Of a DNA stretch of 64,000 nt, positions 1 through 10,081 are shown piece by piece; the first letter of the stretch is position 1, and the number at the start of each line of letters is the position of its first letter. The translations under genes were made by a program, and so were the position numbers. The stretch lies in sequence record LC819009.1. The stretch is one strand, 5' to 3'. Below the pieces are notes generated by a model, which made no database searches, was not told the DNA's origin, and saw only the letters and a program-made list of their open reading frames with translations.

Positions 1-150
1 CAGCATCTGCTCGATCGTCAGGTCACTGTCCTGGATCGTAGCTGTCTGGCCCTGATACTCAAACTGCAGGAATGCTGAATCCTGCAAGATGAGATCGTTC
101 TGTACCTGCTCAAGGGTATAGAACGCATTCATACGCGGCTTTTGGCGCAT
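1..150 (-). CDS. Hypothetical protein, 5' part only (MRQKPRMNAFYTLEQ...), runs off the window edge
   Basis: ATG at 150 with GGAG upstream; open to position 1; not in the ORF track. Confidence 0.6.
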   Translation of the reverse strand, partial: MRQKPRMNAFYTLEQVQNDLILQDSAFLQFEYQGQTATIQDSDLTIEQML

Positions 151-215
151 GGTGTTACTCTCCTAAAAAGGTTTTAAGCAGAGGGCGGAATTGCCCTCCA
201 TTTTGGTCCAGCTGT

Positions 216-692
216 TTACATCCCGTACTTCACGAGGAAGTCGTCGAACTTCGTGTAGAACTCACTGCGAGTCATAACCTCGCCGTGGAACTCACGATTG
301 GCGATCCGTAGTTCTGATTCGACCCGATACGCTTGCAGCATGACTTCAGCAATCATGCATTCAACACGACGTGCGAAGTCCCTGGTATATGGAGCATCGA
401 AGCCGAAGTGACTCAGCACCGCCAGGTAAGCATTGACTTCGATCGAGTCATTGAACCTGTCGTATCTGAAATCGCCATTTTCAGCTTGCCCGATGAAGCG
501 ACTCGACATCAGCCACTTGTCGACTGTAACCGTAGCCAGTTTGAACGACTTGCGGTCTTCATTCGATTCCGCGAACGGATTGAAACGAAGATCGACCATC
601 TCTTTCGTGTAGTGGCTGCGAGGTTCACGCGCATTCATTGTGCGTAGAACTTCACCGTCGTAAACAACGTGGACCACGTACTTCTTATCCAT
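216..692 (-). CDS. Hypothetical early protein
   Basis: ORF 216..704; GGAG RBS favours the MDKKY start at 692; early-type promoter motif at 748-757. Confidence 0.7.
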   Translation of the reverse strand: MDKKYVVHVVYDGEVLRTMNAREPRSHYTKEMVDLRFNPFAESNEDRKSFKLATVTVDKWLMSSRFIGQAENGDFRYDRFNDSIEVNAYLAVLSHFGFDAPYTRDFARRVECMIAEVMLQAYRVESELRIANREFHGEVMTRSEFYTKFDDFLVKYGM

Positions 693-747
693 TACAAACT
701 CCATTGTAAAAGGAAGTTCAAAGCCTTTGATTGGCTTTATCCTTTTC

Positions 748-757
748 GTTATATATC
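748..757 (-). promoter_or_regulatory. phiKZ-type early promoter motif (GATATATAAC)
   Basis: Resembles the phiKZ early consensus TATATTAC; AT-rich intergenic position; recurs before six other minus-strand units. Confidence 0.6.
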
Positions 758-819
758 TTTGAAAAAATCTACAAAGGCAAATGACGAGGATAGGGCTTTC
801 GCCCTATCCCGTCTTTCGT

Positions 820-2202
820 TTAGTCCAATCCTGTCAGACCAGCCTGATTGGGATCATCCGCTTTCACGAAGATCACCATTGCGACGAATGAACGATAGCC
901 ATTTGCCATCAGGCCCTTGCCGTTCATCTTGGTTTGGATATGCGCTTTCAACAACACGCCATTGACTTCTTTCACTTCACCCTGATCGAGGAACATGATC
1001 TTCACGTTCAGACCAGGCTTGATGATTTCGGGATTAGCGTTTTCCCATTCGAGCGTGTAGAAATGTCCTTGTCCACGAGCCAAACGAGAAGTCGCCAGAT
1101 ACGGATTTGCCGTAATCCCTTCAGGCGAGAGTCGAACATTGTTCTTTCCGTTAGGAGCTTGCTCACCAACGAATTCACTGTTGTTCTGACTACGCCTAGC
1201 CAACGCAGTATTGTTGCCACCCTTGGAGAAGCCTTGGACGATCTGGTTAGCATCTGCGAACATGACGCCATTACCAGCATTGTCCTGAATCTGACTCTTG
1301 TCAGATTCGATCTTCTTGTTACCCGTCGACAGAATGGTCGTGATGCCATTTTGCGTAAGGTAAGTCTTCTCAACCTGAGGAAAGCGCTTGGCAGGAACTG
1401 AGATGATGATCAGCTTTTCTTTCGCCTCATCAAAGCCTGCCGTGTCGTATGGCGGATACACGTACCAGATACGCTCATGAACAAACTGAGCCATACCTGT
1501 CGGGAAGATACCGCCGCACTTGGTTTGAACGTAATCTGCCAGATCCGAGAGCATGACGCCGTGATCGATTACAACCTGGCTTTGCTTATCGGTAGCTGCT
1601 GATGGATGCATGTTCACACCCAGGAGCTTATTGTCGTCATCGACTTCCAGCTGACCACAGTTCATCGTGATCAGGTGCTTGACGAGATCTGCATTGGTCG
1701 TGTTGGTAAAGTTACCACCCACACTCACTTTACTGATGTCATCGAGCAACTTGGGTTTTAGCTGAATGTCGACTTCGACGAAGTCAAGCAGGTTCTGAAC
1801 CTCTCGACTCAAATTCTCGTTGTTGTTATCTTCCGACATGAAGGGACGAGCCTTCGGATCGATAGACACATTAAACGTTTCAACAGTCACCGATCCAGCA
1901 GCATCGGATTTGTCGTAACTGGTAGGATTGAGTAATTCTGTTTTCAGAATGAACTCAAGATTACCCTTGGCCGGATAAACGAAAGCCGTATAGTCACCCA
2001 ACATCATGACCACACGAATCATCTTCACCGCGCCATAGTTCAGTTCGTAGTCAGCATGCTCGTCGATGTCCGTAATCTTGATCACGTCATACGTCTGCGT
2101 GCCAACCTTGAACTGTCCCGTATAGCTGTAGAAGTTAGGCTGGAAGCTGGAATTCAATACCCGCTGGATATCAAAGTCCAATGGAGAGCTGTCGATGTTC
2201 AT
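820..2202 (-). CDS. Virion structural protein, probable baseplate hub/tail tip (phiKZ gp101-like)
   Basis: 460 aa; last gene of the structural block; assignment mainly by synteny and size. Confidence 0.55.
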   Translation of the reverse strand: MNIDSSPLDFDIQRVLNSSFQPNFYSYTGQFKVGTQTYDVIKITDIDEHADYELNYGAVKMIRVVMMLGDYTAFVYPAKGNLEFILKTELLNPTSYDKSDAAGSVTVETFNVSIDPKARPFMSEDNNNENLSREVQNLLDFVEVDIQLKPKLLDDISKVSVGGNFTNTTNADLVKHLITMNCGQLEVDDDNKLLGVNMHPSAATDKQSQVVIDHGVMLSDLADYVQTKCGGIFPTGMAQFVHERIWYVYPPYDTAGFDEAKEKLIIISVPAKRFPQVEKTYLTQNGITTILSTGNKKIESDKSQIQDNAGNGVMFADANQIVQGFSKGGNNTALARRSQNNSEFVGEQAPNGKNNVRLSPEGITANPYLATSRLARGQGHFYTLEWENANPEIIKPGLNVKIMFLDQGEVKEVNGVLLKAHIQTKMNGKGLMANGYRSFVAMVIFVKADDPNQAGLTGLD

Positions 2203-2903
2203 TGAATACGTCCGTGAATACCTGAACGATCCATGTACGACAAGAAGATGTCGCGCATGGATGGACGCTCCGGCAACTTCTTCTCTTCCACATTTTCCGG
2301 CTTGGGCTGATCGGTAACCGGTACTGTCGAGTACTTGTTGCGAACGGTGTACTGATCCTGCTTTGCCTTGCCTCGATCCCTGACGCGTTTGTCGACTGCA
2401 TCGAACATTGCGTTGAGGTTGACGATTTCTCTTTGAAGACCTTCCGGAATGAACGTGCGAGCAAACTCTTCGCCATACTCGTGACCAGCATACTGATACA
2501 CGGCTTCAGCGAATTCGTCGATCTGCACGAGATCTTCAAACGGCACATTGTGGTTGAACACAGTCGACTGGATGCGTTTAGCCCAATCGAACGTATAGTC
2601 CTGGCAGATCTCGTAGATCGCTTTCGTATCGTCACGCTTAACGATACTGACCATTGTGTGTTCGTGATAGTACTCCACCATCTGAGCGATGGGGATGTAC
2701 ACGGGAGCCTGTTGCTTCATGAGCTCCCGGTCTACGTTTTGATTACCCGATGTGTGCAGGCCGTAGCGTTCAAGGTACGCCGTACCAAAACGAGCAATAC
2801 GAGGTACCTTGCACAACCAGACCCGCCCCCACAACGGATACCGAGGATCATCGAAAGGGATGCTACTCGGGTTAGGTGCGGGGCGTTTCTTTTGTTCCGT
2901 CAT
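2199..2903 (-). CDS. Conserved jumbo-phage hypothetical protein (gp100-like)
   Basis: 234 aa; 4-nt overlaps with both neighbours; synteny. Confidence 0.6.
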   Translation of the reverse strand: MTEQKKRPAPNPSSIPFDDPRYPLWGRVWLCKVPRIARFGTAYLERYGLHTSGNQNVDRELMKQQAPVYIPIAQMVEYYHEHTMVSIVKRDDTKAIYEICQDYTFDWAKRIQSTVFNHNVPFEDLVQIDEFAEAVYQYAGHEYGEEFARTFIPEGLQREIVNLNAMFDAVDKRVRDRGKAKQDQYTVRNKYSTVPVTDQPKPENVEEKKLPERPSMRDIFLSYMDRSGIHGRIQ

Positions 2904-4249
2904 AGCCTTCTGAGGTTGTACTTGATCAGCAACAGGAGAAGCGGAATGTAGTAGAACCGTTCCACATGTCCCCAGTTGAGAATGTCGTCACACACTTTCA
3001 GAATATCGCCAGCGGCGATAATTTTAAAGTCGATGTAATCCAGCAGCAAACTTTCGAGCAACGACAGATTCGTGTTGTCGCGCGTATAGAAGGCGCTGGA
3101 GAGGACGTAGCCGTTGTCCATGTCGATGGGCTTGATGATGGGCATCGGAGCGATGGAGCCATCCGTAGGCGGCGTGGGAGGCACGTACGCAGGCATTGTC
3201 GACTTGATGTTGACTGGAAGCAGAGGTTTCTGGATTTCCTTGGCCATCATGAAGTCAACGTTCGTCTTCGGATCGACCGGATACACGACCTGAGCAATGC
3301 CCGAGTAGCGCATCGAAGCGAGAAGTGCCGAACGATGGAAATTCACCCGTGACGTCACGCCGGTCTTCGTGTAGATGAAGTTCATCAACTTCGGATCGCG
3401 ATTGGAGAGCATCGTCCACAGACTCATGGACGAAATCGCGCCATCGTCCCCGATGTTCAATTCACGAATCGACTGGATATGAACATCGTCGAACGAGTTC
3501 ATGATCGACTTGACGAAATCGACCAGTCCATGATCGTAAGTCGGCACGTCTTGCATCGGAACGACAATCGTCATGTACTCGCGACTGAAGTACTGGTTGA
3601 AGTACAGCTGGATGTAGTCGTACCAGTAGCCAGCCAGCTTCTTGCTGTTCTGATAGTCGTCCTCAACGAGCAAGGGATTCTGCAGGTTCAGCAGGAAGTC
3701 CTTGACGAAGTAGTACGTGACGATAGTCTTCTGATCCAGGTCGAAGATACGAGTCTGATCATTGATCGCAATCAGCTGATATTCGATCTGGTGGGCATGG
3801 TCCACGAAGATCTGCATCGCCTGCACTTTCGTGACCTTGAAGATACCTTCACGACCATCAGCAATGCCGGCGCGGAACATGTCACCTTCCTGAGGCACCA
3901 GGAAAGGATAGACGTTCGCCATACCCTGCATCGTCATTTCATTGGTTTGCGGATCTTGAGAAACCTGCGTCAAGTCCTGAGTCACTTTCAGTTCCATCGA
4001 CCAGATGCGACGGTACTGTTGGAGAACAGCAGGCAAGGACGTATCCTGGCCTTTGATCTCACTATTCTTGTCGAGGATCTGTGAGTAGTAATCCACTACC
4101 CACGGCGAGCCTTCGATATACGCAAGCAGATCGCTCTGAGGCGTATATTCGGTATCGATGACAGCGGTCTTCACACCCGGCCTGAAAGGACGGACAATGT
4201 CCTGCCTGGGCTGTGTGGGAGCGTTGTCGAGATCTGTCCAAAGCGGCAT
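2900..4249 (-). CDS. Virion structural protein (gp99-like)
   Basis: 449 aa; operonic; synteny. Confidence 0.6.
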   Translation of the reverse strand: MPLWTDLDNAPTQPRQDIVRPFRPGVKTAVIDTEYTPQSDLLAYIEGSPWVVDYYSQILDKNSEIKGQDTSLPAVLQQYRRIWSMELKVTQDLTQVSQDPQTNEMTMQGMANVYPFLVPQEGDMFRAGIADGREGIFKVTKVQAMQIFVDHAHQIEYQLIAINDQTRIFDLDQKTIVTYYFVKDFLLNLQNPLLVEDDYQNSKKLAGYWYDYIQLYFNQYFSREYMTIVVPMQDVPTYDHGLVDFVKSIMNSFDDVHIQSIRELNIGDDGAISSMSLWTMLSNRDPKLMNFIYTKTGVTSRVNFHRSALLASMRYSGIAQVVYPVDPKTNVDFMMAKEIQKPLLPVNIKSTMPAYVPPTPPTDGSIAPMPIIKPIDMDNGYVLSSAFYTRDNTNLSLLESLLLDYIDFKIIAAGDILKVCDDILNWGHVERFYYIPLLLLLIKYNLRRL

Positions 4250-4258
4250 TGCGTCCTC

Positions 4259-5824
4259 TTATTTCTTCGATTGGAACACGCCATTGACGGTGCTGAACTG
4301 CACGGTCTTCATGGCACGATTGATGGTTCGGCCTTTGAGGCATTCAGCGAATGCATCGTAGGTACGCGGCGTCAAGCCGTTAGCGATGATGTTATCGCAC
4401 GGACGATAGTTACCGGCCGTCGTCGGTGCAATGTACTGAACGATCTGATCGAACGCACAGCGGGCATTGCGAAGACGAGCTTTCGCATCTTCCGTGATGT
4501 AGGTCAGGTCAGTGGTCACCGAAATACGCAGATGCCAGACCTTACGCTTATTGAGAGGTTGAGTCGAATAGATGTTCAGATTCTCATCCATGCGAATCCA
4601 GGTAGGATCTACCAGCAGTCGACCCATGTAAAGGGCCACGTTCACGGCAGACTGACGAGGCTTTGTCACGTACTGGGCTTCCGATGCCATGAACTGCTTC
4701 ATGCAGTCACTGAACTGGAAACCATACGAATCCGCTTCGAGATCCGTCAGGTTCATGAGCAGGTTCGGATCCATTCCCGCCGCCACCTGATCGTCAGTCG
4801 GCAACAGAACGAGAGTCGTGACCATGCGCATCGTTCTCTCAGGAACATTGCGAGGCATAAACTCATCGAAGGTCGGGAAGTAACGACCCGGGAAATCCTG
4901 ATAGACAGGATTCACGTTCTGCATCGATTCGAACGATTTCAGATGCGCCATCGACCAGCTACGCGATTGCTGGTGATCTTGCAAACGCTGAAAGCCTGTT
5001 TCGTTTCGGAACTTCTTGCTCAGGATCTGATTGTGAATCGAGATCGGATACATGAAGTGAATGTCCTTCGGCTTCTCGTAACGCAGCACGTAAGGAATTT
5101 CCACTTCCCACACATCCGTCTCATCTTTACGCTGACCGAAGTCAGGCTCAGAGCCGATGTCAAAGAAGCCAAGACAACGCATCTGGGTTTCCTTGAAGAC
5201 ACCCAATGTGTTCTTTCCTGCCTGATCCGTCAATAGACCATAGCGGGGATTGACCCATTTCTGGAAGAACGTGTCAAAGTCCTCACCATAGCCTGCTACA
5301 GCTTCCTGGAGGCGATGGATCTCTCTGAGGATGACCATGTAGGACTCCGGCATCGCAAACGAATACTGAAGCGTATGGAGCCACGTATCCTCACGATTGG
5401 GGATCTTCATGATCATGTAATCGTACCAGCGACGAGCATCCGTCTTGTTCTTGGCACGATAGTGGATCGTGAACTTCATTTCCACCGATGCATAAATCGG
5501 ACGCATCTCGATTTCGAGGTCACGATTCAGAAAGAGCGGAATTTGTTCAGGTTGTTTGGTCACCATTGCAGGCAGCCAATCATTGACATAGTTCTCCGTG
5601 ATTTCGATGAAGATCTTGTCAGTCGTCGGCAGGCGAATGGTTTCGTATTTGTTCGAGATGTAGCCATGAGGCTGAGCGACCGTATCCGCATAACCCGGAT
5701 AGTTGATATTCATGTCTGCAGGCAGACCGAGTCGATCGATCAGAATTTCCTGGACCGTGGCTACAGCGATGGCACGACTCACCGACTGATCGGATTCCAG
5801 GATAGGTCTTTGAATCTTGGGCAT
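4259..5824 (-). CDS. Virion structural protein (gp98-like)
   Basis: 521 aa; operonic; synteny. Confidence 0.6.
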   Translation of the reverse strand: MPKIQRPILESDQSVSRAIAVATVQEILIDRLGLPADMNINYPGYADTVAQPHGYISNKYETIRLPTTDKIFIEITENYVNDWLPAMVTKQPEQIPLFLNRDLEIEMRPIYASVEMKFTIHYRAKNKTDARRWYDYMIMKIPNREDTWLHTLQYSFAMPESYMVILREIHRLQEAVAGYGEDFDTFFQKWVNPRYGLLTDQAGKNTLGVFKETQMRCLGFFDIGSEPDFGQRKDETDVWEVEIPYVLRYEKPKDIHFMYPISIHNQILSKKFRNETGFQRLQDHQQSRSWSMAHLKSFESMQNVNPVYQDFPGRYFPTFDEFMPRNVPERTMRMVTTLVLLPTDDQVAAGMDPNLLMNLTDLEADSYGFQFSDCMKQFMASEAQYVTKPRQSAVNVALYMGRLLVDPTWIRMDENLNIYSTQPLNKRKVWHLRISVTTDLTYITEDAKARLRNARCAFDQIVQYIAPTTAGNYRPCDNIIANGLTPRTYDAFAECLKGRTINRAMKTVQFSTVNGVFQSKK

Positions 5825-5858
5825 AAGTTGTCCAGTGTTGGTTCTATGTCAAAAGATG

Positions 5859-6275
5859 TCACTCGTTTCGCTGCATGTATTCAGGCAGATCGGGAAACGG
5901 CAAGATCTTTCCTTTCAATTCGTGCGAACAGTCGCCCAGGAAATACACTTCTCCCGGTTTAGCTCCGTTGCAACCTACCCAGGTATGACACTGCTGACAT
6001 TCGAAGTCATGCTCGTCTTCAGGATGCTTCTCATTAAACGTACACCAGCAATCATCCCCAGGTTTGTGGGAATCCATGTAATGTCCAGAACGAGTCAGGA
6101 CGCTCGGACCGAAGACGGGTTTGTTCACGTCTCCATTCCACGTCCAGTTCTGACCCGGAGGACCACCTTGAGTCGTGATCTGGTGACAAGTCTGACAACC
6201 CTGACACCAATAGGTCAAACCACTACGACCGCGATTGTCGGACCAGCTACGAAGTTTTGAAGACAGAAGTCCCAT
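5859..6275 (-). CDS. Small Cys/His-rich putative metal-binding protein, DUF6527-like
   Basis: Motifs WCQGCQTCH, WTWNGDVNKPVFGPSVL, CH, LGDCSHEL; start MGLLSS at 6275. Confidence 0.6.
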   Translation of the reverse strand: MGLLSSKLRSWSDNRGRSGLTYWCQGCQTCHQITTQGGPPGQNWTWNGDVNKPVFGPSVLTRSGHYMDSHKPGDDCWCTFNEKHPEDEHDFECQQCHTWVGCNGAKPGEVYFLGDCSHELKGKILPFPDLPEYMQRNE

Positions 6276-6310
6276 GATGTTCTCAATAAAGATTAACCAA
6301 AGGATCAACA

Positions 6311-6338
6311 CTACCAGTAGCCTTTCGGCTACTGGTAG
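6311..6338. terminator. Intrinsic terminator-like hairpin
   Basis: CTACCAGTAGCC-TTTC-GGCTACTGGTAG, perfect 12-bp stem with GAAA loop on the minus strand. Confidence 0.75.
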
Positions 6339-6350
6339 AGGATCTGCTGT

Positions 6351-6629
6351 TTAGTCGTCGTGACCACGAGTACGTTCGCGGAAGGAACTGTGTCCCGTCA
6401 TGCGGGCTTTCAGATCCTTGTTGCTGCTGCTGCCCGTACCGTAAGCATCGTTGATGGTCCTGACTGCACGTACGGCCGCATGGCCGACGTTCTTGGCCGA
6501 GCCCACCACTGCTTCCTTGACGTCATGCGCGGCGTTCTTCACACCTTGCTTGGCGTTTTCCTTGGTGTCCTGCCACGAGCTCAAGGAAACCTGGCTCTTA
6601 CGCGGTTTGTCGATCTGATAGAAGCCCAT
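6351..6629 (-). CDS. Small hypothetical protein with amphipathic Ala/Lys/Val helix
   Basis: 92 aa; starts 2 nt after the upstream stop. Confidence 0.65.
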   Translation of the reverse strand: MGFYQIDKPRKSQVSLSSWQDTKENAKQGVKNAAHDVKEAVVGSAKNVGHAAVRAVRTINDAYGTGSSSNKDLKARMTGHSSFRERTRGHDD

Positions 6630-6631
6630 GA

Positions 6632-7942
6632 TCAGTGTCCGTCCTTCTTCAAGTCAACGTGGTTGCCGCTACGGTTGTTGAAAGCCAACACGTATTGGGC
6701 AAGATTGATGAACGAGTTCACCACCCCATCCACCAGGCCGTAATACATCAGAGCAGGCTGGTCCATCGTCTTCTGGAAGAACTTCAGATCGTAAAGCATG
6801 ATGTCACGGTCGTTCTTCTTCTCTTTGGTGGAGAAGAGGTTTGCGCCGATCTTCTTGATCTTGGCTTCCATGCCCTTGATGAATGCTTCCTTGTCAACCT
6901 GATACTGCTTGACCTTATCTGCGCACGCTTTCAGCTGCGAGTTCAGATACTGGATGTTTTCGATGAGTTTGTCGGGATTGGCGAAATCGCCTTCGAGCAC
7001 AGCGTACTTGTTCAAGTTGATGATGCCTTCGACTTTCGTCTTCTGGATCTTCAGGCCGTCGACCCAACGCAAGTTCTGCTTCATCACGTCATCGCTCTTC
7101 GCATCGTACTTCGGAGGCGGGAGCATCTGAACAGTCACGAAGGTGTTGTCGCCGAATTCTTCCGACGCATACACCTTGAGTTCACCATTCTTGCCGCGAG
7201 CAGCGGTGAGAACTTTACCCTCACGGGTTTCCTCGAAAGGAACCGGCATCGAGTCGTCAGTCGGTTTATCGCCAAGCATGCTTTCTTTGGCCTTGCGGTT
7301 CATCTCATGCTGGGCACCAAACACCTTCAGCATTTCAGAACCGATCTTGCCGAGGTACGGACCATCCATGATGCCGTGGGTGGTCACGATATGCTTGAGG
7401 ATCTCCGGCTTGGACAAATCGCACTTGGTGTAAAAGCCATTGGAGCCAATCGGATACGGACCATCTTTCTTCTGCTCGTCGGTCTTTTTCTCGTTAGCAG
7501 CTTTGACTTCTTCAGCTTTGTGCTTCAGATCCGCGGTCTTTTCTTCGTGGTCCTTGTTGCGCGTGAAGATACGCTTAATCAGGCCCCACACCCACTGGAA
7601 CGCTTTCTTGATCGCATTGATGATCGACATGAAAACGTTCTTGATCCCTTCACCGAATCCTTCGAGAGCGGCATGACTGATGTCGTGCGTCTTGAAGGAC
7701 TGCAAGTCGGGAATCACTTTGTTCGGTTCGCCGCCAATGCGACCCAGACGCAGGAAGCATTCAACGGAGTGCTGGACGAGTTTGTACGCTGTCTCATCGA
7801 GTCCCTTATCGCCGTCGGTCATCAGTTCCTGGGTATACGTGAGACTTTCCAGAGTCTGAATAGCCGTTTCGACTTTCTCGTTATCGTGAGCATAAGCCTG
7901 GAGGTCCAGATCCAAGCTGTCGCTATAGGTGAGTGAGCTCAT
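6632..7942 (-). CDS. Internal head protein (phiKZ gp93-97 paralog family)
   Basis: Acidic propeptide-like N-terminus; ALE-GF motif typical of head-protease cleavage, followed by IINAIKKAFQWVWGLIKRIF helix. Confidence 0.75.
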   Translation of the reverse strand: MSSLTYSDSLDLDLQAYAHDNEKVETAIQTLESLTYTQELMTDGDKGLDETAYKLVQHSVECFLRLGRIGGEPNKVIPDLQSFKTHDISHAALEGFGEGIKNVFMSIINAIKKAFQWVWGLIKRIFTRNKDHEEKTADLKHKAEEVKAANEKKTDEQKKDGPYPIGSNGFYTKCDLSKPEILKHIVTTHGIMDGPYLGKIGSEMLKVFGAQHEMNRKAKESMLGDKPTDDSMPVPFEETREGKVLTAARGKNGELKVYASEEFGDNTFVTVQMLPPPKYDAKSDDVMKQNLRWVDGLKIQKTKVEGIINLNKYAVLEGDFANPDKLIENIQYLNSQLKACADKVKQYQVDKEAFIKGMEAKIKKIGANLFSTKEKKNDRDIMLYDLKFFQKTMDQPALMYYGLVDGVVNSFINLAQYVLAFNNRSGNHVDLKKDGH

Positions 7943-7969
7943 CGGATTCCTTAATTAGACGTCATAAGA

Positions 7970-8003
7970 GAATACTCAGGAGCCCGAAGGCTCCTGAGTA
8001 TTC
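7970..8003. terminator. Intrinsic terminator-like hairpin
   Basis: GAATACTCAGGAGCC-CGAA-GGCTCCTGAGTATTC, 15-bp stem, cUUCGg loop on the minus strand. Confidence 0.8.
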
Positions 8004-8047
8004 CCAGTGACAACTAACCGAAGTCAGTTACCGGCACGAAACGAGGA

Positions 8048-9364
8048 TTACTCCTTGTTTTCGTACTGGCGTGCCGACAGTTCAGCGTACTGCAGCGACG
8101 CGCTCATGCCGCGGATCGAGTGCGAAGCGAACGAAGCCGCCGGCTCGTCCATCAGCTTGCGGAACAGCGTTGCCGAAGCCTTCGCCTTCTTCTCGGCGTC
8201 GCCCTTCGAATCGCCGCCTTCGCGCGATTGACCGGCCGCGAACTTTTCGAGCTTCGCGATGAACTTCGCCTTGTTGTTGTTGATGTCGGTGAGGTTGCGC
8301 TTGTACTCGCTCACTTCACCGGCGAACTTCTCGATCGCTTCCGCGAAGCCGCGGATTTCGTCCGGCGTCAGGACCTTCAGCGTCTTGCCTTCGTCCTTCT
8401 TGTCGGACAGCGAGACCGAGCCGGCCTTGACCTTGTTCGCAGCTTCTTGAGCAGCCTTCACGTCGGCGCCGCCTTGTGCCTTCGGCACTGCGATGTACAC
8501 GACGGATTCGCCCGGGAAGCGCGAGGTCACGAACACAGCGACGTCGCTTTCAGCCGTCACGCGCTTGGCCGTACCGGCGTCAGCTTGCTTCAGGCCGTAT
8601 TCGGCCGGCGACACGCCTTCCGTACGATCGTTCGCGAGGTCCGTTGCCTTGCCGAAGACGTCCGAGAACGCCTTTTGCTGGCTGAACAGCTTCTTCGCTT
8701 CAGCAGCCAGACCTTGCAGGTCGGCGGTCTTGACCGGCTGGCCGTTCACGCGCACGCTGTTGTACAGCGAGTCGTTTTCGAGGTTCGGCTCGGTAGCCTG
8801 GCCCGACAGCTTCGTGGTCGATTCCTTCAGCTTCTGAGCGCGCGATTGCAGACGCTCGGCCGCGCCGAAGATCTTGTTGAAGAAGTTGCGGACCCACTCG
8901 ATCGACTTCTTGATCGCGTCGACGATCGATTGCCAGATCTTCTTGGCGGAGATTTCGAGCGCTTCGACCGTGGCCTTGCCCAGTGCCGCGCGGTTCGTGC
9001 GCGTACGGAACGATTCCGACGACGGGATGCCGAGTTGCTTGTACGTCACGCCGATGCGTGCGACCTTGAGCAGCGTTTCGACGGACGTTTCGATGATCTC
9101 GGCCGTGTTCTCGTCGATGCCTTCGCCTTCGTTCGCTTCCGCGACTTGTTCGGCGATGGTTTCCAGGCCGTCGGCTGCAACAGCAGCTGCGTCGATCTGG
9201 TCGTTGCCCGTGTTGATCGCTGCTTCGTCGGCGTTGATTTCGCTGACGGCCGATGCCAGGGTGTTGGTTTCGTCCGGAGCGATTGCGTCAGCGCCGGTCA
9301 TGGTGTCTGCGGCGTCGAAGTTTTCGTTCGAGTGCAGGATGCCGCTTTGCGGAAGGAAAGACAT
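8048..9364 (-). CDS. Abundant internal head protein (gp93-like)
   Basis: 438 aa; very strong codon bias; ALE-IS site followed by IVDAIKKSIEWVRNFFNKIFG helix, shared with the neighbouring paralog. Confidence 0.8.
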   Translation of the reverse strand: MSFLPQSGILHSNENFDAADTMTGADAIAPDETNTLASAVSEINADEAAINTGNDQIDAAAVAADGLETIAEQVAEANEGEGIDENTAEIIETSVETLLKVARIGVTYKQLGIPSSESFRTRTNRAALGKATVEALEISAKKIWQSIVDAIKKSIEWVRNFFNKIFGAAERLQSRAQKLKESTTKLSGQATEPNLENDSLYNSVRVNGQPVKTADLQGLAAEAKKLFSQQKAFSDVFGKATDLANDRTEGVSPAEYGLKQADAGTAKRVTAESDVAVFVTSRFPGESVVYIAVPKAQGGADVKAAQEAANKVKAGSVSLSDKKDEGKTLKVLTPDEIRGFAEAIEKFAGEVSEYKRNLTDINNNKAKFIAKLEKFAAGQSREGGDSKGDAEKKAKASATLFRKLMDEPAASFASHSIRGMSASLQYAELSARQYENKE

Positions 9365-9438
9365 GTTGGATTACTCCATTGCAATGAAGGTTACTAAGAG
9401 GCCCTTAGTTTAAAACACCTACTCTCGTAGGATCCTGA

Positions 9439-9479
9439 AAAACGTGCATTCTAAACTATATGCCTAAAATACACGTTTT
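9439..9479 (-). terminator. Long imperfect hairpin (terminator or processing site)
   Basis: AAAACGTGTATTTTAG...TTAGAATGCACGTTTT pairs fully only on the minus-strand RNA, using G-U pairs. Confidence 0.5.
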
Positions 9480-9496
9480 AGTTTCTCACCAAACAA

Positions 9497-10081
9497 TTAA
9501 GAGCCAAAGAACACGCGAAGGGTGAAAAGCATATCGCTCAAACCATCCCGTTGTCCCAGCCATGTACGCAGGAAGTCCCGGATGAGAACGGGTTCGTTGT
9601 TGTAGCGCCCCAAGAGGAACTCGCGTGTTGCGATCCCAATCGTCCAGGCATTGTGCTTACCGATGTCCAGTGTGTCCACATAGATCATCGGATGATACTT
9701 CCGGAACCCCGTGTACACGTAGCAGACCGTCTCGTCAACGAAACGATTTTGCATCGTGTCAAAATATGGGTTCTGTTTCTGTTTTTCGATCCATTCGTTG
9801 ATGGTCAAGGTGCCAAACGAGCCGAGGGCAGCTCGATACAGGCGTTCGCGAAAAGCGAAATCCCGCTTGAGCATGTCCTCGTGCTTCGTGACCTCTTTCC
9901 AGAGTTCCTCGATGTCCGCGTTCGGAGTGAGGTCATTAGCCTCAGACTCCAAAGTGATACGCCGAGTTGCGGCACCTATAAGATCCACCTGAATGGGTTT
10001 GTTCACCTGAGCCTTACGGTACTCGATGGGGGCACCGAGAAAACCGTTCGGGTAGAGTTTCAACCCACCGAAGATCTTCAT
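9497..10081 (-). CDS. Virion/head-associated hypothetical protein
   Basis: 194 aa; 1-nt overlap with upstream gene; structural block. Confidence 0.6.
   Translation of the reverse strand: MKIFGGLKLYPNGFLGAPIEYRKAQVNKPIQVDLIGAATRRITLESEANDLTPNADIEELWKEVTKHEDMLKRDFAFRERLYRAALGSFGTLTINEWIEKQKQNPYFDTMQNRFVDETVCYVYTGFRKYHPMIYVDTLDIGKHNAWTIGIATREFLLGRYNNEPVLIRDFLRTWLGQRDGLSDMLFTLRVFFGS

Noticed and set aside
5859-6275. Ammonia monooxygenase or dehydrogenase label sometimes given to such proteins
   Set aside because: The protein is too small and soluble and has no supporting motifs.
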